From positions 33,916,001 through 33,980,000 of the forward strand of contig CM052816.1 of the NCBI GenBank assembly GCA_028534125.1: a stretch of DNA of 64,000 nt, in the 5' to 3' direction. The DNA is from Lama glama (taxonomy: Eukaryota). A model generated the notes under the pieces. The model had not been told where the DNA came from, did not search any database, and was given only the letters and a program-made list of their open reading frames with translations. Shown here piece by piece: positions 13,925 to 26,270 of the stretch. Position 1 is the first letter of the stretch, and each line of letters starts with the position of its first letter. Both the position numbers and the translations under genes were made by a program.

Positions 13925-14532
13925 TATATTTCTTACAATTACTGTTTTTTTAAGAAAAGAATTTAATCTTTTTCAAAACGATGACTCTAGTAAACAAAAA
14001 TGACCCATTGACATTAAAAAAATTAATGTCTTTTTTAAGTTCTCAATTGGACTAACTTCTCCATTAGTCAAATTTTCTGTTGGTTATAGTGATAACATTA
14101 TACCAACTATTAAAAAATTAGCTTTTCTTCTTACAAAGTATCTAAGTTAATTATGTGTTAGCCTATACAGCTTTTAAGAAGTCATTATTTCAGACCAAAC
14201 CAAACATACTATGATGTAATTATCAAAATCAAATGAGAAATGCTTTTTCATTTTTGGGGCAACTTTAATAGTGGTCTTACATATTCTTAAGATTGGGAGT
14301 GAAAAATTTTCAAAATGATCTAAATGTTTTAGAATGAAACAGAAATAGTGAGGCATCAGACCCTGATGGTAAATTAAGACTTCATTAGAATTTGCTGGAC
14401 CAGATAGCATTAGAATTGTGACACTTGGTAGAAGATACCTTTGGTTTAGTACCTGAAATTCAATGCCTGGTGACTATTAAGAATAAAATAGTGAGCAATT
14501 TCATTTCCCGTGCATGTCAGTAAAGTACCACA

Positions 14533-15042
14533 TGATGGGAAAAAATGTTCAGAGATTTAAAATGCAGAGAGAGACCATTCAACTGATTGATCAAAGGAAA
14601 TTTCATTAATAGTGGCCAAAATTGCTTGGGCCCTTGCTAGTGAGTGGTTCTCCTCTGCCCATTTGTGATGCTACCATCAGCAGGTATCAGGTATATCCCT
14701 ACCTGACTTCTTATAACCCCCTTTATAAAGATCATACACACAAAAGGAAAAGAAGCAGAAGCAAGTGGCTTCAGCAGAGGCTGGAAAAGAGCAACTCCAG
14801 GAGCCGTGAAAAGACAGACCCAAGGAAGGACTCACAGAATTAGAGCAACCTCTGCTTGATGGGGGACAGAGAGAAAACTGAGGAGAGGAAATGCACCAAG
14901 AATAATAAATTATAAAACACGGCAAAAAAGTAGAGAAAATGAGAATACATGAGCCCCTCCCTGTATCATACACCAGCCTTTATCTTGAAAGTTTAGCTGC
15001 CTTGTGCTGCAGACAAGCAGCTTGCTGTAAGGCAGATTTCCA
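14533..15042. mobile_element. Possible old LTR remnant
   Basis: ~500-bp compositionally distinct block beginning tgatggg and ending ttcca; family not recognised. Confidence 0.3.
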
Positions 15043-15711
15043 TTTAATATGGTTAAATTTTATATGATGCTTCATACTCTCGATGCTCCACCCTGTGGTT
15101 TGGCCTTTTATAAACTGCCCCATTTGCTCTGGGGAGATAGATCAAGCCAGCGCAAAAGGCTTTCTAATCTAACGTGAAAATAATGAATTGTGTTTATAAT
15201 TGAATTATTAGCCAATGAAGACTGCTGAGAAATGCAGTATGGCATTTCAGTACAGCAGTATAACATATAAAATTATATCTCCCAAAGCAAAATAGCTGAT
15301 TTAATCGCTCCATGAATGTATTCCAAAAAAGCTTGACAATTTAAAATTATACCGCCACGGCAAGTGTTTTCCAGACATACAGTGTTTGTGTTTGCATCAA
15401 AATAAATTGAACCAAGAGGCACTGCTTTATATGGGCAGCAAGGCCTTTACTTCTGGTCACATCAATGACATCCACAGTGTCTATGTCCCTGAACCCTAGT
15501 ATTTAGAATGTTCACATGCGTCTAACCAAAACTGTTCAAACAAAAGTTTTCATCAGTAATCTTCCTCATTCTTCATGGGCTGAGATGTCAGTGTAGGTCC
15601 TCAGTCTTCTGATGCATTTCCTGGATTTCTCATTGATCCTTCGATCCTCTGAGTTAAATATAACCCTTAGTCTGTCAAGGGTAAATACATAGTCAATACT
15701 TTGCTACCTTA

Positions 15712-15914
15712 TGGTGCAGTGGAAAAAAAAATTCAACCTCAAATCAGAAGACTTGAGTTTGAATGTTACCTCTTGCTACCTGTCCAATTTTTATTGAGTC
15801 ACATGGCCCCTAAGAACAGTATTCAGCACTTAAATGGAGATAGTAACCATCTCAACGAGCTGTTGAGAGATTTAAATAAGCTCGGTAATATGAACACACT
15901 GTTTATGCTCTGAA
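15712..15914 (+). mobile_element. MIR SINE
   Basis: ggtgcagtggaaa...tcagaagacttgagtttgaat...aaatggagatagtaac...gctgttgagagatttaaataag. Confidence 0.75.
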
Positions 15915-15929
15915 TCTCCTGCTAGTTCA

Positions 15930-16225
15930 GATCCAAATTAATTTTTTCCCCCAGACTTCTACCTACGGAATTTCTGTCTCAGTACCTGACACATGTCCTC
16001 TCCTCAAGTTAACTGAATTGGACACCCTGACTACTACATTTCAGAACTGTCCCCCTGCTCTCACTGTCACCACCTTAGTTTGGGCCCATACTGTCTTGTG
16101 ACTCTTGTAGCTTATTAGCTGTTCTCTTTGCCTTATGTTTCCTCCTCAATAATCTGTCATTCTCTGCTGCCAGGGTTACAACATAAATATGATTATACTG
16201 TTCTCCAGCTTAAAATTATTTAAGA
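15930..16225 (+). mobile_element. L2 fragment
   Basis: cactgtcaccaccttagtttgggccc...ctctgctgccagggt...gattatactgttctccagcttaaaa resemble L2 3' region motifs. Confidence 0.55.
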
Positions 16226-16749
16226 GGAACTGTTTCTACATGGCACAGGGTTGCAGCTCCAATCTGGGTCTCTTAACTTGCCATGATTAAAAAAAAAAGA
16301 AGAGCAAAAACGAAGATAGAAAGATTACTGGGATTAATTACCACCACCGAGTCATACAGGCAGACCAAGTGTTGGGCTGGAGGGAAGAAGATGATTGATG
16401 ACTACTTGTACCTTCATCGCTAGTGCACACTCCATCCCTTCCTTCTCCCCCCCCCCCACCTTCCCCAATGCTCCAAGAATGAAATCTTCCACACAGGAGA
16501 AAGCAGACATGCTGAAGATTAGATTTTCATGTAGTCCGTCCCTTCTGAGTCTCAGAAATTGGGCTTTGGCAAGAGAAATGTATTCTTTGAACTAGTTTTC
16601 TAAAATGATCAAAGTTAGGAAAGAAATTCTGACTGCCCTCTTCTCCATGTGTAATGAAGATTGAACCTAATTTATTCATACCAATCCTCCCCTTCCTAGC
16701 CTGTTAATACAATCTTCAGTTGCTGATAACATTATGTGAGATCATTGTT

Positions 16750-18650
16750 TTAAGACATTCTGTCTTCTCCTTAAGGAGTGATTTATGTATTTATGTTTAA
16801 TTTTTGAATCAGATTTATAAAATTTCGACTTATTAAAGTGGATTCTCTTTTTCCCACTCATTGTCAGCTGTTTAGCACTAGGATTTCCATTTTTTAAGTT
16901 GTTAAATGCTGTTCGTTTCTTGGTTGGCTTGAGTGAATTTCTGAGTGACCTATTTCATTAGGTGAGGCTGTGACTACACACAATCCTTGGCTGAGAACAT
17001 TTGTTACCATTTTTTCCCCCTAAAAGGTATAATGGACATTGTCTGAGAATAGGCTTCTGTGCTCAGTTTTTTTTTTTTAAATTTCTTCTTTAAGTCTCTA
17101 AATGTTGCTATGTTGTTTCCTACCTTTTAGTTATTTTGAGATGCTCAAAAGCAGTCTGCTTTTTTTTTTTTTTCTGTTTTCTCTTCAATCCGGCATTTTT
17201 TAGAAGCACTTTTGTAATTTGGTAGCCAGAGGGTAGATGGTGTCCTCTTACGTCTCAGTGACCTTCTTAGGAAGCTGTTGGGACAAATCCTCCACTTAGA
17301 AGCCCCGACTATGTGAAGCTGTGGACAAATGCTGTGTCTACTGGCCTACACTTCGTGAAGGATTTCCACTGACTGCTTACTGTTGACATGTGTTCCCAAC
17401 TCCTGCCTGCCTGTGCTTAGGTTTTTTTCTTATGATGGAAAACCCATAGATGCCTGTGTAACATTTTAAATCAAACTTCTTGGCATTGGAAAGGTTTCCC
17501 TTCAATTGAATTCTATTTTCTTCATAACTTTAAGGTCCTTAAAGTTTCTTTCTGATTTTTTGTGGTACTACAGATTTTTTTTTTCTTGATTTATGTTTTG
17601 TTGTTTCAATAGGAATTAGTCATGGGTCTCAGTTTGCCAGTGGTTATCTTCCTCTAAATTACTGAAGAATTTTTCAAGTTTGCTCCCTTCTAACTGTCAT
17701 TTTTGCAGTTAACTCCTTTTGTTAAGGATTTAAATTGTGTTTTTTGTCATTTTAATTTCATTGCAATCTCTTGTTTTCTTATTATGCTATCTTTCATCTC
17801 AGTATTAAGGCTTTTTGTGTCACATCTTTATCCTGGGCTTTATTAAAGATGCTGAAGAATCTTGTAAAAATGTTTTCTGGTTCCTGTAAGAAGTCATTTT
17901 CAGAGGTACAATATTCTCAGTATTCAGACTGATATTCTCCTTAGCCCTTGCTGTAATGTATTTTTTTGTTGGTCTCATGTAGGGTCCCCTCCTCCATTTT
18001 CTATTTTACTTATATCAGAGCTAGGAAGAATTTATGAAAGCTTGATATATTTAAAATAAGAAGTTTGTGTTCATAGTGTAAATGACAGAGCTGTTAAAAG
18101 CTACAACTCTCAACATGCCATATCGTCAGGAACCTTTCTGCTTTCTCCCTGCTCTTTGCTGTTTGCCCTTGGAGGAGAAAGTGCACTCCAGTGTTCCCAG
18201 TGTAGCACTCCTCTTCCCCTGCTTCCTTCTCCTACACACGTATCCCCACAAGCACTGTTCCGTCATCTGGAAGTTGCCATCTGTGGACCAGTATGGAGAA
18301 ATGAGGTTAAAAAGGCACAGAGATAACACTCTGGCTCCCTACAAACTGAGCACCTCAAAGTAAAGGACTGGCTGCACTTTTCTTGTTTCTGTGAAAGACA
18401 TGGTAGGCAGGAGAGATCATTTTTTTTTTCTTTAATTTCTTTTCTTCTTTCTTTTGGGGAACAAGGCTGCTGTGTTTCATTAAGCGGCGTGTGGGTATTC
18501 CTTCTTGCTGTTCTTAATCCAGCTCCACCGATTTTATGGTTTGTGGAGATTCTCTGTGAGTTACTGATGTCTCTTTTCATTGTCAGTCTCAAAGTTGTGT
18601 GGATTTTTGACATTGTTTTCTGAAATATCTATTGAACGTTTCAAATAACT
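16750..18650 (-). mobile_element. Very old L1 (L1M/L1ME-like) 5'/ORF1-region remnant
   Basis: T-rich strand bias with degenerate antisense L1 motifs (ccttggctgagaacatt, ttctgtgctcagtt); highly decayed. Confidence 0.4.
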
Positions 18651-19717
18651 CTGTGTAAAGGTTGCAACTTAGAGACATTCTAATTCTTTTAAAATAATTA
18701 GTCATAAGGGAAACAATAAGAAGAACCTAGGAAAACTGTTTTGAATGCTGATGTTTCTAACTTTTTTACAAGGTAGTTTGAAGACAGACAGCTTTTTATG
18801 AAATCCCTGGCTATTATTAGTGTAGAAGAAACACTGAACCGGAATCTGGCTAACTGACGTGCAATCCATGTCTGGTACTGTTTAGGTGTGCAATGATTGA
18901 CAGTAATTTTAACAGTTTAAAAAAAGAAAAGCAGAAAAGTAAACTGAGCCAAGCAACTATGTTATTTTAGACAAGCCAGTAAACCTCTGCCTTAGTTTCT
19001 TTATTCACATAATTAGGGGGATGTCTAAAGTACTTGTAAATTACTTTATACGTGTTTGATTTCATAGCTTGTAAAACCAAGTCAATGGACTGGTAATTGA
19101 GACTTGGTGTACTACGATGAGTTTACAAAGAAGCTAGCACTGTATTAAAACTTCTGACCTAATCCAGTTTGAAAACTTCTTTCTTACATGCATTGATTTT
19201 CAGTTTTGATTTTTAACAAACTTCATTTTATAAGTATTGATGCTTCTATTTTTGGCAAAGGCATTTTCCTTTATAGAAAAATTTGAAATCAGCAGCACTG
19301 ATAGAAAATAGCGTGTTAGTGTGTTTCTGGTGAAGCATTTTTCTCTATAGGGTGCTGACACTGATGGATCTTTTTCAATTCACATTTCAGTGAGAGTGCC
19401 CTAGGTCAGTGACAATCTTCCAGACTTAAAAGAGAACAGAAGGCACAAGACGTTATGAGTGTTAGGTATATTCAGGGAAAAAGTTTTGTGAACTCTGAGA
19501 CTGTCCTTTCCTTTACTTGACCTTGTGAAGTATGGGTGATGAGTACTCTGGGGAATGGATGATGAGTTATTCACCTCAGAGAGCGTCTAGACCTTTTTCT
19601 TCAGACACCATCTTAGATAAAAAAAGTTATTGAACTCATATCCATTGACTTTGAAATAATGACGTTTTTTGTAATTCAGGTCAATTCAACCTTTTGAATC
19701 CAGCCATTTTATATGTT

Positions 19718-19885
19718 TTCATTTAAATCTCACAATAGTCTCTGAAAAGTAGGTTTTGCTGTATTTACTTTATAGGTGGTGGCGTAAGATTTAGATAAGG
19801 TATGCAAATTGCCCTTTGTTACCTATCTAGTTAGTGGCAGAGCTTAGATTCCATCTCTCATTTTTCTGACTCTAAATTTCATGCT
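19718..19885 (-). mobile_element. MIR SINE
   Basis: tcatttaaatctcacaatagtctctgaaaagtagg...ctagttagtggcagagct...tctgactctaaa. Confidence 0.75.
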
Positions 19886-19902
19886 TGTAAACATCATTTA
19901 AG

Positions 19903-20540
19903 TATATCAGTTAAGATTTAGTTCTTCTGCATGTAACAGTCACCTGACAAAAGCATTGGATTACCAAACTGGGCTTTATTTATTGCATATGCAAGCAGTG
20001 CCTGCACTACTGATGCAGATGCTTAAGGGAATCCTCAAGATCCAAGCTTCTTCTAGCTTCCTTTTCTTAGTAAGTGACTTCTATCCTCATTGTTGCAGGA
20101 TAGCTGCTCGATCCTCTGGTATCATGTATTCATTCCAAGCAGGAGGAAAAGAATGAGCAAAGGAGAAAAAAGCTCCTGATAATCTAAATTTAATCTTTTT
20201 TCTTAATGAGAAAAAAAATAGCTTATATGGAAGGATTTCATAATATACTTCCATTTATATCTCATTGACCAAATCTATATTTATGGCTGAACTTCAAGGG
20301 AGTCAGGGGAGTTATCTTCTAAAAAAATTTCTATTGTGGTCTAATTGACATCCAGTAAAATTCACAGATTTTATGTATACAGAGCTATGATCTTTGACAA
20401 ATGCGTACACCTGTGTAATCACTGCCCCATCAAGATACAGAACGTTTCCATCTTGAGGCAATGTTAACTGAGCACTTTGCCATTAGTTCTGAAAAGGAGA
20501 CACATGATATTAGTGGGGCAACAGGCAATGTTGTACTACT
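19903..20540 (-). mobile_element. Old ERVL/MaLR-type LTR interrupted by a short L1 3'-end fragment (~20325-20452, minus)
   Basis: tatatcagttaagatttagtt...tgcatgtaacag; gatagctgct...cattccaagcaggagg; tatatctcattgacc. The inner block resembles an L1MB/ME 3' end (ctttgacaaatgcgtacacctgtgtaatcactgccccatcaagatacagaacgtttccatc). Confidence 0.6.
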
Positions 20541-21556
20541 AAGATTAAATATTAATGTACTTAAATAATAGTTTCAAAAAGCAAAATTGAAAAATAGGAA
20601 ATACCCACACATGGGAGAAGACCAGTTATTAGTTAACCTGGCTTAAAAATTAACTTGAACAAATCTCCCAGATCTATTTGTCTTAGTTTTCTGATATTAA
20701 AAAAAGATGTAAAAAGTTCCTGAACATGTCAAGAATTGTGGTTTAGATCCAAGAGATAATTTACGTGAGCTCTGTAAAGCTCCATTTAAATATGAAGAAT
20801 TCTTTTTTTCTGTTTTTTTATTGTTAAAGGTGTTTCTTTTGAAGATGATGATTAACATGACTTACTGGCCTGAAACATCACAGCTGTGAAATTCAAATGT
20901 AATTTGAAAATGTACTAACTTTTAAACTTATTAGTGACTTAGAAATCAAGGCAATATGTAGCTCTAGATAGAGGCAATTTTATATTTGCATTATTATCAG
21001 TTCGCTTCAAACTACATCTCTTTCAATTGGGTAACAGTACCACTAAATGTATAATTTCCTGAAAATCTTAGAATGTATGTACATTTATGGCTAATAAATT
21101 TATTTTGATAAATTGCACTTTTGTAAAAATCAAGTAACGGTCAACTTTTAGAGTATTTAGGAAGATCATTTTTTAAAAATTTGTTCTCTTTTGAGAAGAA
21201 AACACTCTCTTGAATTTCACCCCTTGGAATCAGTTGCAGAAGGTTAAAAATCAAAACCTACTGTGAGATTTTGAGGACACTCTGGAGCCAGAGCACTTCA
21301 TTGCTTGTTATACAGGATCCATGAAGAAATGGGATCATTTGTAATATTTATTACTCCCAGAGTTTTGTCAGAACACTGCTCTGAACTCAAACATCTTGCC
21401 GAAATGTGGCTCTTTTCAGTAAACTTCTATCATAACCAAGGATCGACCAATACAAGTCTTTATTGAAAGTAAATTTATCTGGTAAACTAGGATAGTCATT
21501 TCTTCTGACCTATTACTTTTTTCCTTAAAAAATCATTTATTATTATTTTACATTAA

Positions 21557-21724
<168 letters not shown>

Positions 21725-21989
21725 TAAGTTAGGTGTGCAAAAACACCTGAATGGAAACAGTTTTTATTTTTGCCACTACTTTAACTGTATATCATGTTAG
21801 AGCTTATAATGAGCGTAACTTTGTAATGATAATTTTAATTAAATATAAAAGTAAATGCATATTTACCGTATGTCCCAGTATAAACAGATAGATATAGAAG
21901 TAGATAGAGATAGAGAAATAGATTAGACTCACATGCGCATGCGCACACACACAAAAGGGGTTTAAATTTCATTGATAAACTTGAGATCA

Positions 21990-22490
21990 TGTAGTCATAT
22001 ATGGTTTAGCTTCCTATTTAAAAATTTTTTCATTGTCACTACATACTAAGGTTTACATTTCAGGGGGGATGAGATTTAACCATTTCTCTGTTGCAGATTG
22101 AGCTTGTTTCCAATTTACAGTTAATTAAAAATAATGTTAAACTGATATTCTCGTACATAAAATCTTTATCTGCATTTATGACTATTTCTTTAGAATAGAT
22201 TTATAAAGTTAAATTATTGAGTGACAGACTGTGAACTTTCTTGTAATATTCTTAGGATAGCTGTCCAAATTCCTCTCCAGAAGACGTAACATTCTTGCTT
22301 TTCTATGAAAAAAAAAAAATGTATAAAAGTACATACACAGGAATTGAGTTTTATATAAAAAAGATTCTTTTACAATATGAAATGAAAAATAGTATCATAT
22401 TAGATTAATTTACATTTCATTGATTACTAAGGAAATTGAAAAGTTGTTCCTTGTATACGTTTTAGCTATGTTTATTTTTTATTCTTTGAA
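21990..22490 (-). mobile_element. Old L1 (L1ME-like) 3' fragment
   Basis: atttaaccatttctctgttg...ttgtttccaattt...tatttctttagaatagatt...ttaatttacatttcattgattacta. Confidence 0.65.
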
Positions 22491-22668
22491 CTAGGTTTTA
22501 TGTAATTCATCTATGGAGACTTGTTCTTAATGAGTGCATTTTAGAAATGTTAGTTGGTTATGGTCTTTTAACAACTCCATAAAATTTGAAGATAGATAAG
22601 TACAGTGTATAGTTCCTCATTATGAAGGAGCATGTTTTGATTTTCTAATAGCTATTTTCTCATTTTAG

Positions 22669-22920
<252 letters not shown>

Positions 22921-23335
22921 TAAATTATTTTTCTACTTGAGAAATATTTTTAAGATATCTCTCTATACAATGAGCCGTTTACAACAAGTTAACATTTCTA
23001 GGTGGGAAATAATTTTAAATTCAGTAGGACTTTCTGCAAATTTGGGAGGTCTGTTTTATACCATGGAAAATTGTGATCAACAATTTAAAAACAACTGAAA
23101 TGTAAAGTAGAGTCGGTTGATTTATGATTCAAATTATATTCCTTGAAAACAAGAGAGGACCTTAGGAAAACTTACGAAGTGTATATAAAGTTTGGTTTAT
23201 TCATTTCCTCGTAAAGCCTTCTCATCCGTCTTCTCCATCTCCTCTAGGCATTTCCTGTTTCTCTTCTCCCCCCATCTCCAGAGCATTTCTCTTTAGTCAC
23301 TCAAATATTGTGGTACATTCTTCACATCTCACATC

Positions 23336-23524
23336 TTTTTTTCTTTTTTTTTAACATTTTATATTGATTTATAATCATTTTACAATGTTGTGTCAAATTC
23401 CAGTGTAGAGCACAATTTTTCAATTATACATGAACATATATATATATTCATCGTCACATTCCTTTCTCCGTGAGCTACCATAAGATCTTGCATATATTTC
23501 GCTGTGCTATACAGTATAATCTTG
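23336..23524 (-). mobile_element. Young 5'-truncated L1 3' end with poly(A)
   Basis: T-tract then aacatttttatattgatttataatcattttacaatgttgtgtcaaattccagtgtag; nearly identical to the L1 3' end at 53695-53870. Confidence 0.88.
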
Positions 23525-23719
23525 TACTCCACTGAAATGTACTATCTTGTGTCTCAAGACCAAAGGTCTCGCTACTGTTGTTTATGGGTGTTATGACAGT
23601 AAAATACCTTTGTTTTTAAAAGGGCACTTTGGGGACAATATTAATTCAGAGATGTCCCTTTAGGTTGACAACAACTCTTCTTTATGAATATCATTGTGGT
23701 CTATAAGTTACTATAGTCT

Positions 23720-23886
23720 GTTATGTGTGTGACTCTCACTTCCATTAAGTTATGAGATAATTGAGACTTGAGAATCATGTCTGAATTTTATTTGTATTAA
23801 CCCAGCACTCCAGCGTAGTATTTAGCACGTAGGAGGTGTGCAGTGATGACAGTGGATTTATTATGTAATTAAATGAATTATTGAAT
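23720..23886 (+). mobile_element. L2 3' end
   Basis: catgtctg...tttgtatt...cccagcactccagcgtagtatttagcacgtaggaggtg...aaatgaatta. Confidence 0.65.
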
Positions 23887-24157
23887 TTCAAATATAGTTG
23901 CAAGATTATTTGAGAGTATGGAAGGAGGCAAGAATACTGCCTTTCCTTTGGACCATAATTCACTGATCTGGGGTAAATTATGCTTGAATATAATTTTAAA
24001 TAGTAAGACTTTGGTAGCAGATTTTAATTTCATTCCTCAAAACTGGCTCACTGTTTAAAAATTACTTTCAATATACTTTTGGTTTAATCAGTAGATTGGA
24101 ACCTGTCATTTCAAGTGCAGTTTGCTTGAATTTTCCCCACGTTTCAAGAAGAATGTG

Positions 24158-26270
24158 TTTATTTTTTATTAGTGTCATTTTTAAAAGAAATGGCAGTGCT
24201 GGGGATGGAACCCAGGACCTCATGCATGTAAGCCTGCCCTCTACCACTGAGTGCTCTCCCCACTGTTAGTTCCAATTTTAAATAGATCTTCAGTCATTAG
24301 TAGGCAAATTGTATTTCTCCCATGTTTATAGTACTGATAAAGCGAAGAGGTATTCTCTTCTTTGGTTATTGACACTCTTAAGTATTCAGAATGGTCAGAA
24401 TTCTTTCTATATAGCAGCTCATCATAGGCTTTTTAACCTGCCATAAACAGATTCATATAAAAATTTGGAGCCTCCAATTTTTTTTTGTCTAGGTGTGTAG
24501 AATTGGTTTTCTCTCTTCTTTCAGTGCTCTCTTCAGTGATGGTTCAGAAGATGTTCTTCCATGTGGAGGATCTTTACTCTTAGAAACCTCTTGGCCTCCC
24601 TCTGGCCGTGACCCCTGAGTGCTGATAAAACCTCACGATGATGAGGTTGCATCTTTCTGTGGATACTCACGTTTTCCTTCCTTCTCAGCAGTCTGATTCT
24701 TTTTTCCCAGCCAGTTGATGATTTCAGTGCATTCATTTGCTTATTGTTGATCCTTCTTTGAAGTTTCTCATCTTCTCCTGAAGACTAGACTTTGATAACA
24801 CAGGCACAGAATTTGGGTGACTTCTTGGAAGAGACGTTTGCCTTTCTGCTTATTATCTGCAGCATTATATTGCTCAGCCTACTGAACAACACCCCCCAAA
24901 CCTTCCCAGCTCAAATATTTTTCACTTTCCCTATCATTTCTCCCTCTGTCAACAGCAGACCTCTTGAGACTTTTGTTGCCATTTATGTGAGCTTTCTTCT
25001 GAGCAGTGCTACACATTATAGCCAACTATCTTTGAGCTTGGACTTGTCAAGCTCTAGTCATCCTTGGCTATTGTTTTCTTATCTTTCTCATCTTTATAAA
25101 TCTGAATGAGCACACTTGTTTCTGCTTGGTATGAATTCGACACCAACAGAAAAATATGACCTTCAAGAAACAAGAGATCCTGGTGTGTGTCCCTACGTGA
25201 GCTAGCTACCCAGATACCTGGAGTATAAGTGATAGTCTCATTAAGGTTGATATTTTTGTTTGATTACTTATTGAATAAATGCTGTAGGAGTTTCTGAATT
25301 TCATTGTACCAACCACTGGACAATGTTATGAATCAAAGAGCCCTCTCCACAGATCACACGGTGGCAGCATTTTATTCTTTTGATGGCATTATAATAGGTA
25401 GAAGGCAATTTCTAACAGACTGAGTTCTGGAAGGAGACGCCCTTTGAACATTCACAAGTGGTGCAGAGGCGATGGGTGGATATTTTTGCTCTCCCTGACG
25501 TCCTTCCTATGCTTGTACTTGAACTCAGGAATGAAATAATTAAACAGTATTTTGTCTTTATTTTTTCAACCAAAGTGGGAAAATAGATGTTTCCAGCTGT
25601 GAAACACCTGTAAAAGTTTGATCTTCAATAAGGAGGATAGACATATCAAAGTTGCCTCCTCTGCAGTCAGAAGTCAATACATTTTCTCTGACATCAAACT
25701 TCTTGTACAAGCCATAAATAATCCTAGTGTCATCCATCTCATTAATGATTCTGAGTATTCTGAACCTCTCAATACTTACAGTATCTTTGTGATTTCTTGT
25801 GGGAAATGTTTAAAGTAAGTTGATTATCTGATGATTGTTTTGTCAAGGACCTCTCAAGAATGTGTGAAAATTCTATGGTTTTCTTCTTCTCTGTCAGAAC
25901 TAGAGAATGTACCTCCTGTGGGCATAAACTTTGGTCTCCTCATGTCTGTGCTGGGCTTTTGGCCTTCATTATGACACTACCATTTTGAAAAACCATTACT
26001 TTACATGACTGTACATAAGCAGAGTCAAATATTTTACCAAGTGATAGGGCTTCAAAGTTTTGTTGATGTGATTCATCATAACTTGATTCTTTGTAGCATC
26101 ACTGGTCTTTTGTCTGGGTTGTCCTGGATGCATGATCATTGAGAAAACTTACCACTCCTTTAAGACCTCTGAAAAGAGATGGCTTCTAAAGTAGTGCAGG
26201 CCTTGCCAACATGATTGCTGGAGAGGACAGGTCTGTCTTTTGGGAAAGTGATGTACAGAACCTGGAGTGC
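24158..26270 (-). pseudogene. HSPA8: Processed pseudogene (retrocopy) of HSPA8/HSC70, heavily decayed; CDS remnant ~26212->24521 plus 3'UTR and A-rich tail remnant
   Basis: Minus strand 25758->25621 reads ILRIINEMDDTRIIYGLYKKFDVRENVLTSDCRGGNFDMSILLIED versus HSPA8 [46 protein letters not shown]. Further colinear blocks are DATKNQVMMN (~26080), FIPEFKYKHRKDV (~25520), KIQKLLQ (~25290) and CTEIINWL...NQTAEKE (~24700). Start context is ccagcaatcATG at 26212. The 3'UTR resembles HSPA8 (agctgctata, cattctgaatactt, ctatttaaaattgg). No introns; many stops and indels. Confidence 0.9.
24184..24265 (-). mobile_element. Second, more diverged tRNA-derived SINE (vic-1 type) inserted at the 3' end of the HSPA8 retrocopy
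   Basis: gctggggatggaacccaggacctcatgcatg...ctctaccactgag aligns to the copy at 6201-6289. Degenerate TSD ttagtgtcattttt / ttagttccaatttt. Confidence 0.8.

Noticed and set aside
24533..25818. ORFs 24533..24736 (-), 24792..25109 (+) and 25618..25818 (+)
   Set aside because: Off-frame or antisense readings of the HSPA8 retrocopy. I first took 24500-25260 for L2 but reassigned it after finding HSP70 motifs.
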